Assembly: GCA_028534125.1 (NCBI GenBank)
Contig: CM052817.1
Location: 78,866,001-78,930,000, forward strand
DNA: 64,000 nucleotides
Direction of reading: 5' to 3'
DNA from: Lama glama
Lineage: Eukaryota
The notes beneath the pieces were generated by a model. It ran no database searches. It was not told the DNA's origin and was given only the letters and a program-made list of their open reading frames with translations. A program made the translations under genes and the position numbers. Below are positions 12,693 to 25,392 of this stretch, piece by piece (the first letter of the stretch is position 1; each line of letters starts with the position of its first letter).

Positions 12693-13742
12693 CTACATTA
12701 ACCAGTGGAAAATTTCAATGATGACTTTTTATTTCCCCAGCCACCTTTTTCCTACTCAGAGACCTCAAATTAGCTAGCAATGAGCAATAAAATATATTTA
12801 TATCAAGCCCCTAGAGCAATCAAACTTTTAGAACTTTATTTTAAAAGTTACTAGTAATATTAAAAAGTGTTAAAGTTTCCAAATTTTAATTCAAGTTAGT
12901 ACTGCTTTTTTTGTTCTGACAAAAAATGACAAAAATAACTCATCTAATGAAACATTTTGTAGAGGTGTTCTAAACATTTATAATAGTCTTATAGAGCCAT
13001 AATAAAAGGAATGTTCTTTTTGTTCAGAACGGCACTAACATTTTCTTCAAAGCATGATATTAACTCCCTCTTCTACCTACTAACTATTCCTCACTTCATT
13101 CTTAATTGTTCCTGTACTTTATTATTGGATGTAAAGAAAGATAGCTTTCTTATAGCTATTCTTGGTGTTTACACTATTAGTGTTGCTTTAGTTTATTATT
13201 ATTAATCATCAACAGCTATTATGAAAACCCCCTCAACCCCAGTCTGTTTTCCTGAGAAAAAAACATACAATCTGTGCAGTCCTTTGCTATACTTGTGTTA
13301 CCATTCTGGAGTCTAACATGGACTATTTTCAGTGAAATAATAACTTCATGCATTAGTGTCTCTTCTTCTCATTTTATGCCAACAAATAAAATAGTTACAT
13401 AAAAGAGACATTTTTATGAGTATAGGCTTCACCAACTAAACAGTTCTCAGTTTATTAAAATTCTGTGTCAAGGGGTTAAAATAAAAATAAGAGAAAAAAA
13501 GATAGTCATGGAATAAACAGTTTCTTGCTATCCAGAGACTGAAATAAAAATATAACAAAAATCTAAGCAGATAAATAAGTATCAAATACAGTTTAATGTA
13601 CTAACTCTAACATTACAATGCCCTCAATTACTGGTGGATTTTACACTCCACTAGTAACACTGGTGGATAACACTGATAAATGAATGATCCATGTTTTTTA
13701 AAAGTTTCTGGTTGTCCAAGGAATAGAAAAGAGTACATCTAC

Positions 13743-14168
13743 TGTTAAGGGTTGAATTGTGTCTCCCCAAAAGATATATTGGAAGTCTTAACTTCCAGTA
13801 CCTGTGAATGTAAACTTATTTAGAAATAGGGTCTTTGCAGATGTAATCAAGTTAAGATGAGGTAACACTGAATTGGAATGAGACCTAATCCAACTACTAG
13901 GGTCTTTTTAAGAAAAGAAAATTTGGACACAGAGATACACAAGGAAGAACACCATGTGATGATGAAGACAGAGGCTGGAATTATGCATCCACAAGCCAAG
14001 AAACACCAATAGTTGGCAACTAGAAGAAGCAAGGAAGGTATCCTCCCCTGGAGCATTCAGAGAGAGCATGGCCCAGATCAGTCTCCAGAACTGTGAAATA
14101 ATATATTTCTGTTGTTTTAAGCCATCCAGTTTATGGACTTTTTATGGCATTCATAGGAAACTAATACA
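13743..14168 (+). mobile_element. MaLR solo LTR, MLT1C-like
   Basis: TG…CA termini (tgttaagggttgaattgtgtc…ggaaactaataca); 5-bp TSD tctac/tctgc. Confidence 0.9.
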
Positions 14169-14659
14169 TCTGCCAACTTACCCATTGTTTCAAGCAGCAC
14201 TTATAAGAACTGATGCAGACAGGGCTTCCAACTGACCACAAACATATAGATACACCGGAAAATTTTTTGAAGGAAAAATCAATATATAGCCAACTTCCCA
14301 TGGAAAAAAAGACAGATCTCAGTGGCAAGAAAGAAATAGGTAACTCGGGCAAGAAATAAACCTTGACAGATACTTGAACCTAGGAATTGAGGAAGGGGTC
14401 AGGATTTAATGCCTGAGATAAATTTGAAAAAACAATGATCTAAAACATTTACATATGAAACATATAATCATTAAAAATTTTAAATGCAGTGAGTAAGTGG
14501 TTTAAACAGTAGATTAGACTCAACTGGAAAAAGAATTTGGATCTGGAAAATAGATCTAAAGTAATGTCACAATGTAGCACAGAGTATGGAATATAAAGCA
14601 TTTAAAAGATTCTCAACAAATACTTTTCTTCATCTATTCTAACATCAAATATTTATTTA

Positions 14660-14850
14660 CTTATATACATATATATCATATATGCTATATATACATGCAC
14701 ATGCATAAATACTTAAATGTATATATGTATTGTGTATATATACATTTTGTATGTAGTACATATATGCATGTAGTATGTGTGTGCATGTGTATATAGACAA
14801 CACGTATGTATGTGTATGTGCATATATATATACATATATATATATATGTC
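14660..14850. repeat. Degenerate (TA/TG/CA)n low-complexity tract
   Basis: Alternating purine-pyrimidine sequence visible directly. Confidence 0.9.
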
Positions 14851-14859
14851 TTCATTGAC

Positions 14860-15165
14860 AGTTTGGGCATAGAATTCCAGGTTGATGGATATTTCCTTTC
14901 AGCACTGTAAAGATATTATTCTACTGTTTTTTGACATCTATTATTGTTAGCAAATTGAACAACACTCTAATTGTCATTCTTCTGTTAATAATCTGGCTTT
15001 TGTAGGAAATCTGGTTTTTCTCTGGGGTACTGTTAGAATTTTTATTACATCAGAGTTTTGTCTTACCGCTGCACTACATTCAGATATAAATTGGTTATTA
15101 TTTATCTTATTTGTACTTTAAGATATATCTTTTAATCAAAAGTTTCACACCTTTCTTCAATTCTA
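14860..15165 (-). mobile_element. Ancient L1 ORF1 remnant
   Basis: catagaattccaggttga…tttcagcactgtaaagatattatt is antisense ORF1 C-terminus. Confidence 0.6.
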
Positions 15166-15169
15166 ACAC

Positions 15170-16565
15170 TTTCTCTCTCTCTTGTCCCTTTGGAGTTCCT
15201 AAAATGGGAATATTGATCTGCTTGATGTTTTCCCAAGATTCCCTTAAGCTACACTCACTCTTCTTTATTCTTCTTTCTTTTTGATACTGTGATTGGTTCA
15301 ATTCCATTGCCTTTCAAGTTCACTGATCTTTTCTTCTGCTTTATCTAATTTGCGATTTAACCCCTCTATTGTATTTTTGAGTTCAATTATTTTATTCTTC
15401 AGCTCTTGTGTTTTCTGTTTTGTACTTTCTTATATTTTCTGTCTATTTGTTGAAATTCTCACTTTGTTCATCCACTGTTTTTTTCTGATCTTGTTGAGTA
15501 TTTTTGTGACCATTATTCTGAACTCCTTATCAGGTAAATGACTTATCTCAATTTCATCAGAGTATTTTTCTAAGGTTTTATCTTGTTTCTTTGCTTGAAA
15601 TGCATTTCTATGTTTCTTCATTTTTCTTGACTCCCTGTGTTGGTTTCTATGCACTGGATAAAATAGCATCCTCTTTCAGTCTTGAAGGAGTGTCCTTGTG
15701 TAGGAAATTAACCTTATTATTCAACCTTGCCCTACCTCTTGTTTGTCAAACCTTTCTGACTATCCAAGCAGGCTACTTTATTCTTAGTGGTGCCCAGCAA
15801 CTGAGGATGTGCCAAGACCTGTCAGTGTTTCATGCAGTGGATCTTACTCAGCATCCATATTCAGGCTGATTGGAAGTTGGTTCCTCAAGGTGCAGCTTTT
15901 ATAGTATGCCATTGTACCTTTCTCAGGTGAAGATTTGGAAATGGGCATTTCTGTCTGCTCCCTCAGCACTGAGTTCTGGGGTGACAGCCAGTTTAGAACT
16001 GTTTCTTTGTTCTACTTCTTGACTGAACCCATGAACACAAGCTCTTCTGGCCACGAGAGCCAGGCTATCAAGGTAGATGTTCTTTGGGTATCAGCCACAA
16101 AAACCAGGGCACCAGAAATTGTGCAGAAGCTCCTTTCTGGTAGATACTGAATAGCTGGGGCAAGGCAGAGGAAGAGCACAAAGATGGCACCCACCAGCCT
16201 CCCCAGTCTATGGAGAGGACTGCAATCAGCCCCTAGATATGTGTTTAACTAGCAGCCTGCCTCTCAGGCCACAGCTATGAAGATAAGATAATCTTCTTTC
16301 CTGAAAATACTAGATGTTCCTGTCTACTGCCTCTGTGTGATGCCCTAGGGGTAAGAACTCTTCCTCTGTTACAGTTCTTTGGGACTCAGGAACATAAGTT
16401 CTGCTGGCCACTAGAGCCAGGTTATTAAGGATCCACTCAGTGGCAGCTGCAAAGACTGGAGCACCAAAAGTATGCACAAACTCCTTCTAGGAGATACCAG
16501 CAAACAGGAGCAGTGTAGAGGGGGCATGCAGAGACTTTGCCTGCCAGCCTCCATAGTCTTAGAGG
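15170..16565 (-). mobile_element. L1 fragment: ORF1 N-terminus and GC-richer 5' UTR
   Basis: ORF1 peptides SLRESWENIKQINIPILG and EISHLPDKEFRIMVTKIL. Confidence 0.85.
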
Positions 16566-16584
16566 CCAACTAAAATACTCTCCA

Positions 16585-16712
16585 CTTCGTTCATGAAAGC
16601 TCCAACCTCATGACCTAATCACCTCCTAAAGGCCCCACCTCTTCATATCATTATACTGGGGATTAGGGTTTCAACATTTGAATTTGGATAAGGAGGACGA
16701 ATACATTCAGCC
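16585..16712 (-). mobile_element. MLT1A-like LTR fragment (5' part)
   Basis: cctcatgacctaatcacctcctaaaggccccacctc…gggtttcaacatttgaattt. Confidence 0.8.
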
Positions 16713-16719
16713 TGATGTA

Positions 16720-17428
16720 CCACCTTTCCCCAGCAGGACTTCAGAACTATTCTGGGACTGGTTATTGCTCTGTGCCGCTCATTCCCTTGCTTTCCAAATG
16801 GGCGTGTTCACTGTCGTTATCTTCTTCCTATTCCACCACTGTACATGGGGATTATAGTGTGGTCTTTGAGGGGTTTTTTGTTTTTGTTTTTTATTTAGTT
16901 CATGGTTCTTTCATCAAAAAGAGCCACATCCAGACTTAATTTGTGGACTTCGATCATGATGCTGTGATTGAATAAGACTTTGTGTTGTCTTCCTTGGGCA
17001 GGGAATTAAATATATTTTACCCGTGAAAGTAAGGAAAATGAGCATTTGTGACGAAAAGCATGCATTGAAGTAGATAGTATTACTGATTTCAAATATTTAC
17101 ACTCTTTACCCTTACGGGTGAAATGTTGTCTTGCCCCCATGACTCACTGTGACCAACAGAATGGGATGAGAGGCTCTATATGCAATTGTATGGTTAAACT
17201 TAGAATTTATGGCTCTTCCTCTCTGCTGTAAGAACTGGATATTCCACACAGGAACTTCAGCCTGGATGCAAGGAGAAAACACATGAAGCAGACCCTATAG
17301 TCTCCCCATAGCTTAGCTTGTATATATTACATGTACGAGGAGCATGAGATAAGTGTTTGGAGTTTGAGCCACTAAGATTTTAGAGCTGTTGTTAATCCAG
17401 CATAACCTAGCAGAGTTGCCTAAAACAA
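16720..17428 (+). mobile_element. MaLR internal 3' end followed by MLT1H-like LTR (LTR about 17066-17428)
   Basis: MLT1-int motifs (ttccaccactgtacatggg; gagccacatccagac); LTR end gagccactaagatttt…cagcataacctagc…aaaca. Confidence 0.65.
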
Positions 17429-17439
17429 TTGGTTCTGAA

Positions 17440-17805
17440 ATCGATTTGGCAATATATAGTAAATTTGAAGATATGCATATCTTATGATCTATCAGTTCCA
17501 CTTGTAATTATATATCCTAGAGAAACTCACCTACACAGGCACAAAGAGATACAGCCAAGATTGTTATTGAAATATTGTTTGTGAGAGCTAAAAAATTGTA
17601 AGGGATCTAAATATCCTTCAATAAGGAAACAGATACATACATTGTAGTATATTTATACATGGGATACTATATAAGAGTTAAAATAAATTGAATAATTAAC
17701 ACAAATTTTGAAAACAATGTATAAAGAAGTTGCTGATGTATCAATATGATACCACTTACAGTAAAGATTTACAGTGAAGTTTTAACACAAGTTTGATAGA
17801 TAGAT

Positions 17806-17845
<40 letters not shown>

Positions 17846-18050
17846 TAAAATGAATGGCGAAGGTATATCAACCTGAGGATAGTAGCTGCCTTTGGAGAAG
17901 GGAAGAGAAAGACAATCAGGAAAAGATTCAAAGAGAACTTCAACTACATCCATTTTTTCCCTTCAAAAATCTGAAATCTCAATTGGCAAATAGTTAAAAA
18001 ATACATCTTAGGTATCTATTAATTTTCTGAACATTTCTGTGTATTTCATT
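17440..18050 (+). mobile_element. L1ME-like 3' end
   Basis: ttggcaatatatagtaaatttgaagatatgcata…tatatcctagagaaactc…aaatatccttcaataagg. Confidence 0.75.
17795..17845 (+). repeat. (GATA)n microsatellite: (GATA)2 GAT (GATA)10
   Basis: Read directly. Confidence 0.98.
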
Positions 18051-21000
18051 AGAAAAGTGTTTGTTTAATCTGATTCCCATTTTATAATCATGCTATTTTA
18101 AAATCTTGCTTACCAAAATGATAATTTAGCTGTTTGTATATATTTTATGCCTTCACTATACTATTAACATCAAAAACAAGGCCTGTCTGTTATATTGGGC
18201 ATTGAGGCAACATGAGTAATAAAAATATGCTCTCTAAACTCAGGGCATCCTTAGCTAGATTCTTGGTTCTAACAGAGCACAAATATCTAAATTTTCAGTG
18301 CTCTGGTTATCATTCTACAACTTTGCAATTAGGATAAGAGAAAATACTCGCCATATCAAAAGTAGAAAATAAAAATGATTAGGTAATTATAATAATATCT
18401 AACTTTTATTGAATGCTTCTTTTATGTGGGACACTATTTCCAGTATTTAGCATGTATTATTAAATGCCTTTATACATAATATTTATTCTTAAACCAAGAA
18501 GCAAAGAAAACCATCTGACCACAGTGACTTTACACAATACTGTTGTATTATTTCTTGGAACACCCTAAATAGCCCTAAAACAATAAAGAAAGGAATAGAC
18601 CTTCTCCCCTCAAAATGCTCTGTTACAAAAATAACCCAACTTATGTACATCATTAACACCTAGGAACTTAGAAGACATCAATCAAAAGACGTTCTCAGGA
18701 TAATACATTATCTGCTGTTTCTCCTAAGCCAATTTACAGGGCCCATGTGTATTAGGGTTTCAATAAATATAAACGAACTAATTAATTACACTGATAGAGA
18801 CTAAAGGTGAAATTAATATCTGTTGACCATATGTAATTGAGAAGAATGCATATAAGACTAGACTTCCTTGGACTAACAAAATGAACCTTAGGCTCATCAT
18901 TTTCTCTTTCTTTAATTTTAAATCTTATATCACATGGCAGTGACAAAGATCCAGCAAATAGTTGTCATTCCAGCACACCCAAAAATTTAAGGTGTTTCCT
19001 TTAACTTATTTGAGCTATTTTATATCCTACTTTTACTGCTTGTCTTCGTAGTAGAGTCTGTCTAGCTCTATCATATTTTTCAACAGGATGCTGAAGTTTA
19101 AAATACTGTATTAGCCTATATAACACTTTCAGTAAAAAATTATGTTTGGAAGAAAAAATGTCATCATACCTGCTAAGGCTTGGAAGTTTAACTACCTTGT
19201 ATTAGTAAAGCTGACAACCTTTCAAATACCTGTCCTTTCTGAAGTGATAAAGAAGTCACCCTAACCATTAAACAAGCTAGCCTTTAAAACACTATATACC
19301 CCTGTTATCTTTAAAATCTTTTAAAGCCTTATGGTGATTTTTTTATACCTCTCTAGTCTGGGCTAAAGCTCTATGTGAATAATTTTGAAGTCTTAGGCAC
19401 CCTTGGTTTGCTTACAGAAAAAAAAAATGGATTTCCTATAGTTGAATTTTATTAGCATTTAAAATAAAAGGAAATTTACCATCTATTAGAATATTCAATC
19501 AGTTTTGTGGTATTTTCACACATAGTCACTTGAAGATTTTGTTTAGGTATATTTCAGGCAAACCAATAGTTCCTACCTAAGAAAGTTAAAAAGCTTCCTG
19601 CATTAAATTGTTTAATTAAGAGGGGTTCATTCTTTTTCCCATAGTAAATAAATACCTCAGTATTTCTAATACCAGCAGAAAAATGAAATATAATGATATA
19701 TAATCTAAATTATTTCAGAAACTTAAAGTGGAAATAAAATGAAAACTTGTTATTAGTAAGTAAAGAACTCCTCAGTCTAATTTGGACCCCGCCCCCCCAA
19801 AAAAGAAAAAAAAACTGGTAACAGCCTATGTCAATTTTACCAAAGGCTCAACTTCAGTTCCCTTACAGTCACTAATAAAAGGAACAGACTTGTACCTTCT
19901 AACAAACCCTTATACTATATAGCTTAGAATTTGTATTTAAACAGATACAGGTAAATTGAAGAACAGGGGATGTGCAAAACAGACAAGTGATAACAAAAAT
20001 CAAAAAGTTTGATTAAAAAGATGCCTAAGGGAATATGAGGCTTTAGGTCATGAGAAGGAGCTGAAAGATGGATTAAGACAGAAAAACACTTGTTCTATCT
20101 TAAAACTTGGGAGGAAGAGTGGAAGGAGACTCTAATAATGGTTGTACTCTTTCCTTAGAAATTATCCTTGTTTGGAGAAATTCAGACTTTTCAGAATAGA
20201 ACTCAGAGAAGATGAGTGAAGGGAAAAACTTTCAGCTCAATTAACCAAAAAGAACAATTCGTCAGATAATTTGAGAAAATTAATTATGCTAGTCGGCTGA
20301 TTCATTTCTCTAAATCCAGCAGTTAACAGGCAGCAGAAAAAGATTATAATCTAGGACTACCTACTCCAAATAGCAATATGTTTTTTAATATCTGAGATTC
20401 TCTGTAGCTGTCTTCTGATACGAATTTTATTCTAAAGTAACCCATTTCCTCTTAATAAGGAGAAAGTAATTGTAAAAATGTGTACCCTAAATTAATTTTT
20501 TTTCTTCATTTTAATTAAGCAAATCAATGGCCTTTTAGTAGAAAAATATGGGATGTGGAGGAGGGGGAAGTCACTAAGAGATTCATGGATATTATGAGAT
20601 GACTTAGTTCTTTAACTCTGCTTCAAATCCATGTAGAAATACATAAGGCATAAATATTAAAGAAATTGATTCATTCAAAGCTTATAAGAATGTCAAATAT
20701 ATATATTTTCTGAAAGATCTTTCCAAAATAATGTATTAAAATACCATCTGAAATTGGTGCCTCTAGATTCTGAGTAGGTATCTCTGTACAAATTTTACCT
20801 TTTTTCTACATAGGTAACATGCACAAATGGTTAAACATGTTATTTGTTTTATAGGCAAAGCATGTTATTGTTTCTCTCCCTTTGAAAATATGTTAGGGTT
20901 CAGAAAAATAAATATATTTTGACTCAGGTATACCATGAATCATAGGTCTACAATCTGGTCAATATGATCCAGCACATTAAATATTCTGATTTATTTGACT

Positions 21001-21989
21001 TCCTCACTAAGAATCATAAAACAGTTAAGGCAATAATAATTAAAGCCCCATTCCTATGACCAGGTCTTAAAAAACAAACAAACAAAAAACATGACGAAGG
21101 GAAAGCTAAGCCCCTCTCTGCCAATGTGGAAACCCAAGGAATAGGGAGCAGGGAACAGCTAGTCTTCAGTGCTGTATTGCTGGATAAGTGTCTCTTAACA
21201 CAGGAGAAGTTCTCCAAGAGTTGAGGTTCATTCATAAAATCAGGCTGCTGTGAATGGTTCCACATCCACTTTGTTCTGATGATGACTTGAGTTACAACTC
21301 TTTACATCCTGCCCTCCCACGTGGGGACTGATGTCAGCAAACACCTTCCAGGAAGAACCACTTAAAATTCATAACCCACATCCCTTCCAAGAGAAAGAGT
21401 ATTCTGCATGACAGTGACCCTCCATGGCTTAAGCATTAAAAAGGAATTATTCTAGGTACACACACATACTTCATTAGAAGAAAAACAAGGGTAAAATTAG
21501 CCTCATGAGTAATTCATGGATCCAAAGTCTAGAAAACCATTTAGAATCAAGGAACCTACTCCAACAGCTCTAGCAGAGAAAACATTTTAAAGAAGCTTGG
21601 AAACAACTACAGTGTACCAGATGCTACTCAGTACAAAGAGAAATTCTAAGTTCCCCTTCTATGGAAGCATGCATATAATTCAGGACAAAATCAGTTAGAA
21701 GAAGGTCTTCCATCAAGCTGCATATCATACCACACTCAGGTGAGCACATCAACTGAGAAAATGTTGAGCTATATGACCTTCTTTGAACACTTGCTGGATG
21801 CAGTTCTTCAACCAGCAAATAAAGCTATTATGCAGTCCATGTTTTTCCTTTTGTCCACAAGAATGATTATTCAAAGAAAATTTTATAAAATGCATTGTTC
21901 AAGATGATATATACTACCTATCAAAATTAAAATGAATAAATATTATTTAAATTAATATTAATTTTGCTGTTGATGGAATTATGAAAATT

Positions 21990-23164
21990 AAAGGCATATA
22001 CAAACATATCAGTAGTTATATTACATGTGAACAAAATAAAATTCCAAGATAAAATTTGTCAAACTGGATTTTAAAAAATTATATGCTGCTAACACAGATA
22101 TATATGCTGCTCACACCTAAAGTTGAAAGTAAGAGAATGGAAAACATACCATATAAACATTAACAAAGACAGATGCTATACTATGATCAGACTCTACAGT
22201 AGAGTTTAATGTAAGAAGGATTAATAGGCATAAAGAGGAAAACTTAATAAAATTTAAATGGTCATTTCAACAGGAAAATATTACAGTCTTAAATTTGTAT
22301 GCACCATGTAAAATGGTTCAAAAAGAAGAAATAAAACTATTGTTATTACAGATGGTATGAATGTGTATATAGAAAATCAAACAATCTACATATCAACTAT
22401 TACATTAAATAAATGAATTTAATAAGATCACTGGATATACTGTCAATTTATAAGAACCAATGTGTGTATATGCAACAAATACCAATTTTTTAAAAGTACC
22501 ATTTATAACACCATCGAAGCACAACCAAGACCTGGGGGATAAACTAACAAAAGTTGTGCATGACTTCTACGTAGAAAACTGTGACCTATTATGGATAAAT
22601 TTAAGGAAAACCTAAATGAGATATATAACATGTTTTATAGACTTAATGTTTGTGTCTCCCCAAAATTCATACCTTGAAACTTAGTTCCCAGTGTCATGGT
22701 ATTTGGAAGTGGGCCCTTTGGGATGTGATTAGGTTATGAGGTCAGAGCCCTCATGAATAGGATTAGTGTTCTTATAGAAGAGACCCCCCCCAAGAGCTCA
22801 TTTGCCTCTTCCACTATGTAAGAAAATATAAGATAGCCTTTTATGAACCAGGAAGTGGGCTTTCACTGGACACTGACTCTGCCAGTGCCTTTTTTTGGAC
22901 TTCTAACCCCCCAGAACTGTGAGAAATAAAATTCTGTTATTTGTGTGTCAACATATTTATGTATTAGAAGATGTATTATTTAAATCTGTCAATTCTCCAT
23001 AAATTATCTACGGCTTCATAAAAATCTCAATTTGTGTGACGTGAAAATCATCAAACTAAAATTTATGTGAAAATCCAAGGACACAGAATAATGAAGATCT
23101 TAAATATCAAAGCTGGGGAGCTTACACTATTAGATATTCAGGTCTTATTATAATTCCACAGTAA
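21990..23164 (+). mobile_element. Ancient L1 (L1MD/ME-like) ORF2 fragments; continues at 27969-29220
   Basis: EN motif ttaaatttgtatgcacc, RT motif ttattacagatggtatgaatgtgtatatagaaaatc; colinear across the later MLT1A and L1 insertions. Confidence 0.7.
22631..22942 (+). mobile_element. MaLR LTR, MLT1A0-like, 3' tip missing
   Basis: aatgtttgtgtctccccaaaattcata…gagccctcatgaataggattagtg…ccagaactgtgagaaataaa. Confidence 0.85.
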
Positions 23165-24396
23165 TTAAAATACTATGATTTTTAATTTTTCCAGTTTTAT
23201 TGAGATATAATTGGCATTAAGGCTCTGTATAAGTTTAAAATGTACACCATGATGTTTTAACTTACGTATGTTATGAAGTGATTACCACAGTGAGTTTGGT
23301 TAACAACCCTCATCTCATATAGATACAAAAAACAGGAAATGAAAAAAAAGTTTCTTCCTTATGACGAGATCTCTTAGGATATAGTCTCTTGACAACTTTC
23401 AAATATACCATACAGTAGTGTTAACTATAACCCATCTTGTACATTATATCCCTAGCACCTGTTTGTCTTATAACTGGAAGTTTGTGCATTTTGAATACCT
23501 TCATCCAGTTCCCCCTCCCACCCATACCTGCATATGGTAGCCACAAATCTGAACTCTTCTTCTGAATTAATTTTTGGGGTTCCACATATATGTGAGATCA
23601 TACTGAATTTGTCTTTGACTTATTTCACTTAGCATCATGCCCTCAAGGTCACAAATGGCAGAACTTCCTTCTTTCATGGCTGAGTAAAATTCCATTATAA
23701 ACACAACACACACACACACACACCCCACATTCAGTTTACCCATTCAATTATCATTGGACATTTAGGCCATTTTTAAATCTTAATGCTATTATGAACATGG
23801 GGGTGCAGATATCTCTTCAATATAGTGTTTTCATTTCCTTTGGATATATGCCCAGAAGTACAATTTCTGGATCATATGGTAGTTCTAGTTTTAATTTTTT
23901 GAGGAGTCTCCATACTGTTTTTCATAGTGGCTGTACCAATTTACATTTCCACTAACATTGTGTGAGGGTTCCATTTCCTCCACACCTTTTCCAACACTTG
24001 TTATTTCATCTATACATCTTCTTTGGAAAAATGTCTATTCAACTCCTCTGCCCATTTTTTAATCAAGTTGTTTTAATCAAGTTGTTGGTTTTTTGTTGTA
24101 TGCTTTATATATTTTGGATATCAACTCCTTGTCAGATATATGATTTACAAATATCTTCCTCCATTCAGTAGGTTGTCTTTTAATTTTGTTGCTGGTTTCC
24201 TTTGCTCTGCAGAAGCTTTATATTTTGATGTAATCCTTTTTATTTTTTCTTTTCTTTCCCTTGCCTGAGGAGACATATCCCAAAAAGATATTGCTAAGTT
24301 TGATGTCAAAGAGTGTACTATCTTTATTCTTCTGAGAGTTTTATGGTCTATCCATTCTGAGTTGGTTTTTGTGTGTAGTATCAGATGTGGTCTAGT

Positions 24397-24397
24397 T

Positions 24398-24428
<31 letters not shown>

Positions 24429-24542
24429 TTGTCTTTCCTTCTTGTGTTTCCTTCTTTCCTTCCTTTCCCTCTTCCTTCCCCTCTTTTTCTTTCTTTCTCT
24501 TTCTTTGTCTCTCTCTGTCTTTCCTTCTTGTCTTCCTTCCTT
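24397..24542. repeat. Compound CT/CTTT/CCTT microsatellite inside L1 ORF2
   Basis: Read directly; runs into the assembly gap. Confidence 0.95.
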
Positions 24543-24642
24543 NNNNNNNNNNNNNNNNNNNNNNNNNNNNNNNNNNNNNNNNNNNNNNNNNNNNNNNNNN
24601 NNNNNNNNNNNNNNNNNNNNNNNNNNNNNNNNNNNNNNNNNN
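24543..24642. other. Assembly gap (100 N placeholder)
   Basis: Exactly 100 Ns. Confidence 1.
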
Positions 24643-25302
24643 TAATGCTGTTTTGATGACTGTAGCTTTGTAACATAGTTTGAAATCACAGAGTGTGATA
24701 CCTCCAGCTTTGTTCTTCTTTCCCAGGATTGCTTTAGTCAATCAAGGTCTTCTATGGCTTCTTACAAATTTTAGGATTCTTTGTTCTATTTCTGTGAAAA
24801 ATATCATTGGGATTTTGATAGGAATTACATTGAACCTGTAGATTTCTTTGAGTAGTATCAACTACTGTTAATAATATTAGTTATTTCCATTGATGAGCAT
24901 GGAATATATTTTCTTCTAGTATGTTGTCTTCAATTTCTTTCAACAATGTCACAGTTTTTAGTGTACAAGACTTTCTCCTCCTAAGTATTTTATTCTTTTT
25001 TATGTGATTGTAAATAGCATTGTTTTCTTAATTTCTCTTTCTGAGAGTTTGTTATAAGTGTATAGAAATACAACAGATTTTTGCCTATTAATTTTGTATC
25101 CTGTTAGTATACTGAATTTATTAATTCTAATAGTTTTTTGGTGGTGTCTTTAGGGTTTCGTATATATAATATTATGTCATCTGCAAAGTGACAGTTTTAC
25201 TTCCTCCTTTCAGATTTGGATGCCTTTTATTTATTTTGCTTGCCTGATTGCTCTGTCTAGGACTTCCAATATGCTGAATCAAAGTGGCAAGAGTAGGCAT
25301 CC

Positions 25303-25392
25303 TTCCTATATGACTGAAGCATTGTGCTGTACACCAGAAATTGACACAACATTGTAAACTGACTATACTTCAATAAAAATGTATTTTTAAAA
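25303..25392 (+). mobile_element. About 90-bp extreme 3' tip of young camelid-type L1
   Basis: tgactgaagcattgtgctgtacaccagaaattgacacaacattgtaaactgactatacttcaataaaaa; TSD aagagtaggcatcc/aagaagaggcatcc. Confidence 0.9.

Noticed and set aside
18114..18160. Minus-strand mini-exon YSEGIKYIQTAKLSF
   Set aside because: Splice-like pairs are common in AT-rich DNA; phase does not fit the better candidate and the peptide is unrecognised
21279..21331. C/D-box snoRNA (ATGATGA…CTGA)
   Set aside because: Only 53 nt between box ends, no convincing terminal stem and no recognisable guide
24145..24741. Long charged or hydrophobic ORFs around 24.4-24.7 kb
   Set aside because: Artefacts of the CT microsatellite and the N gap
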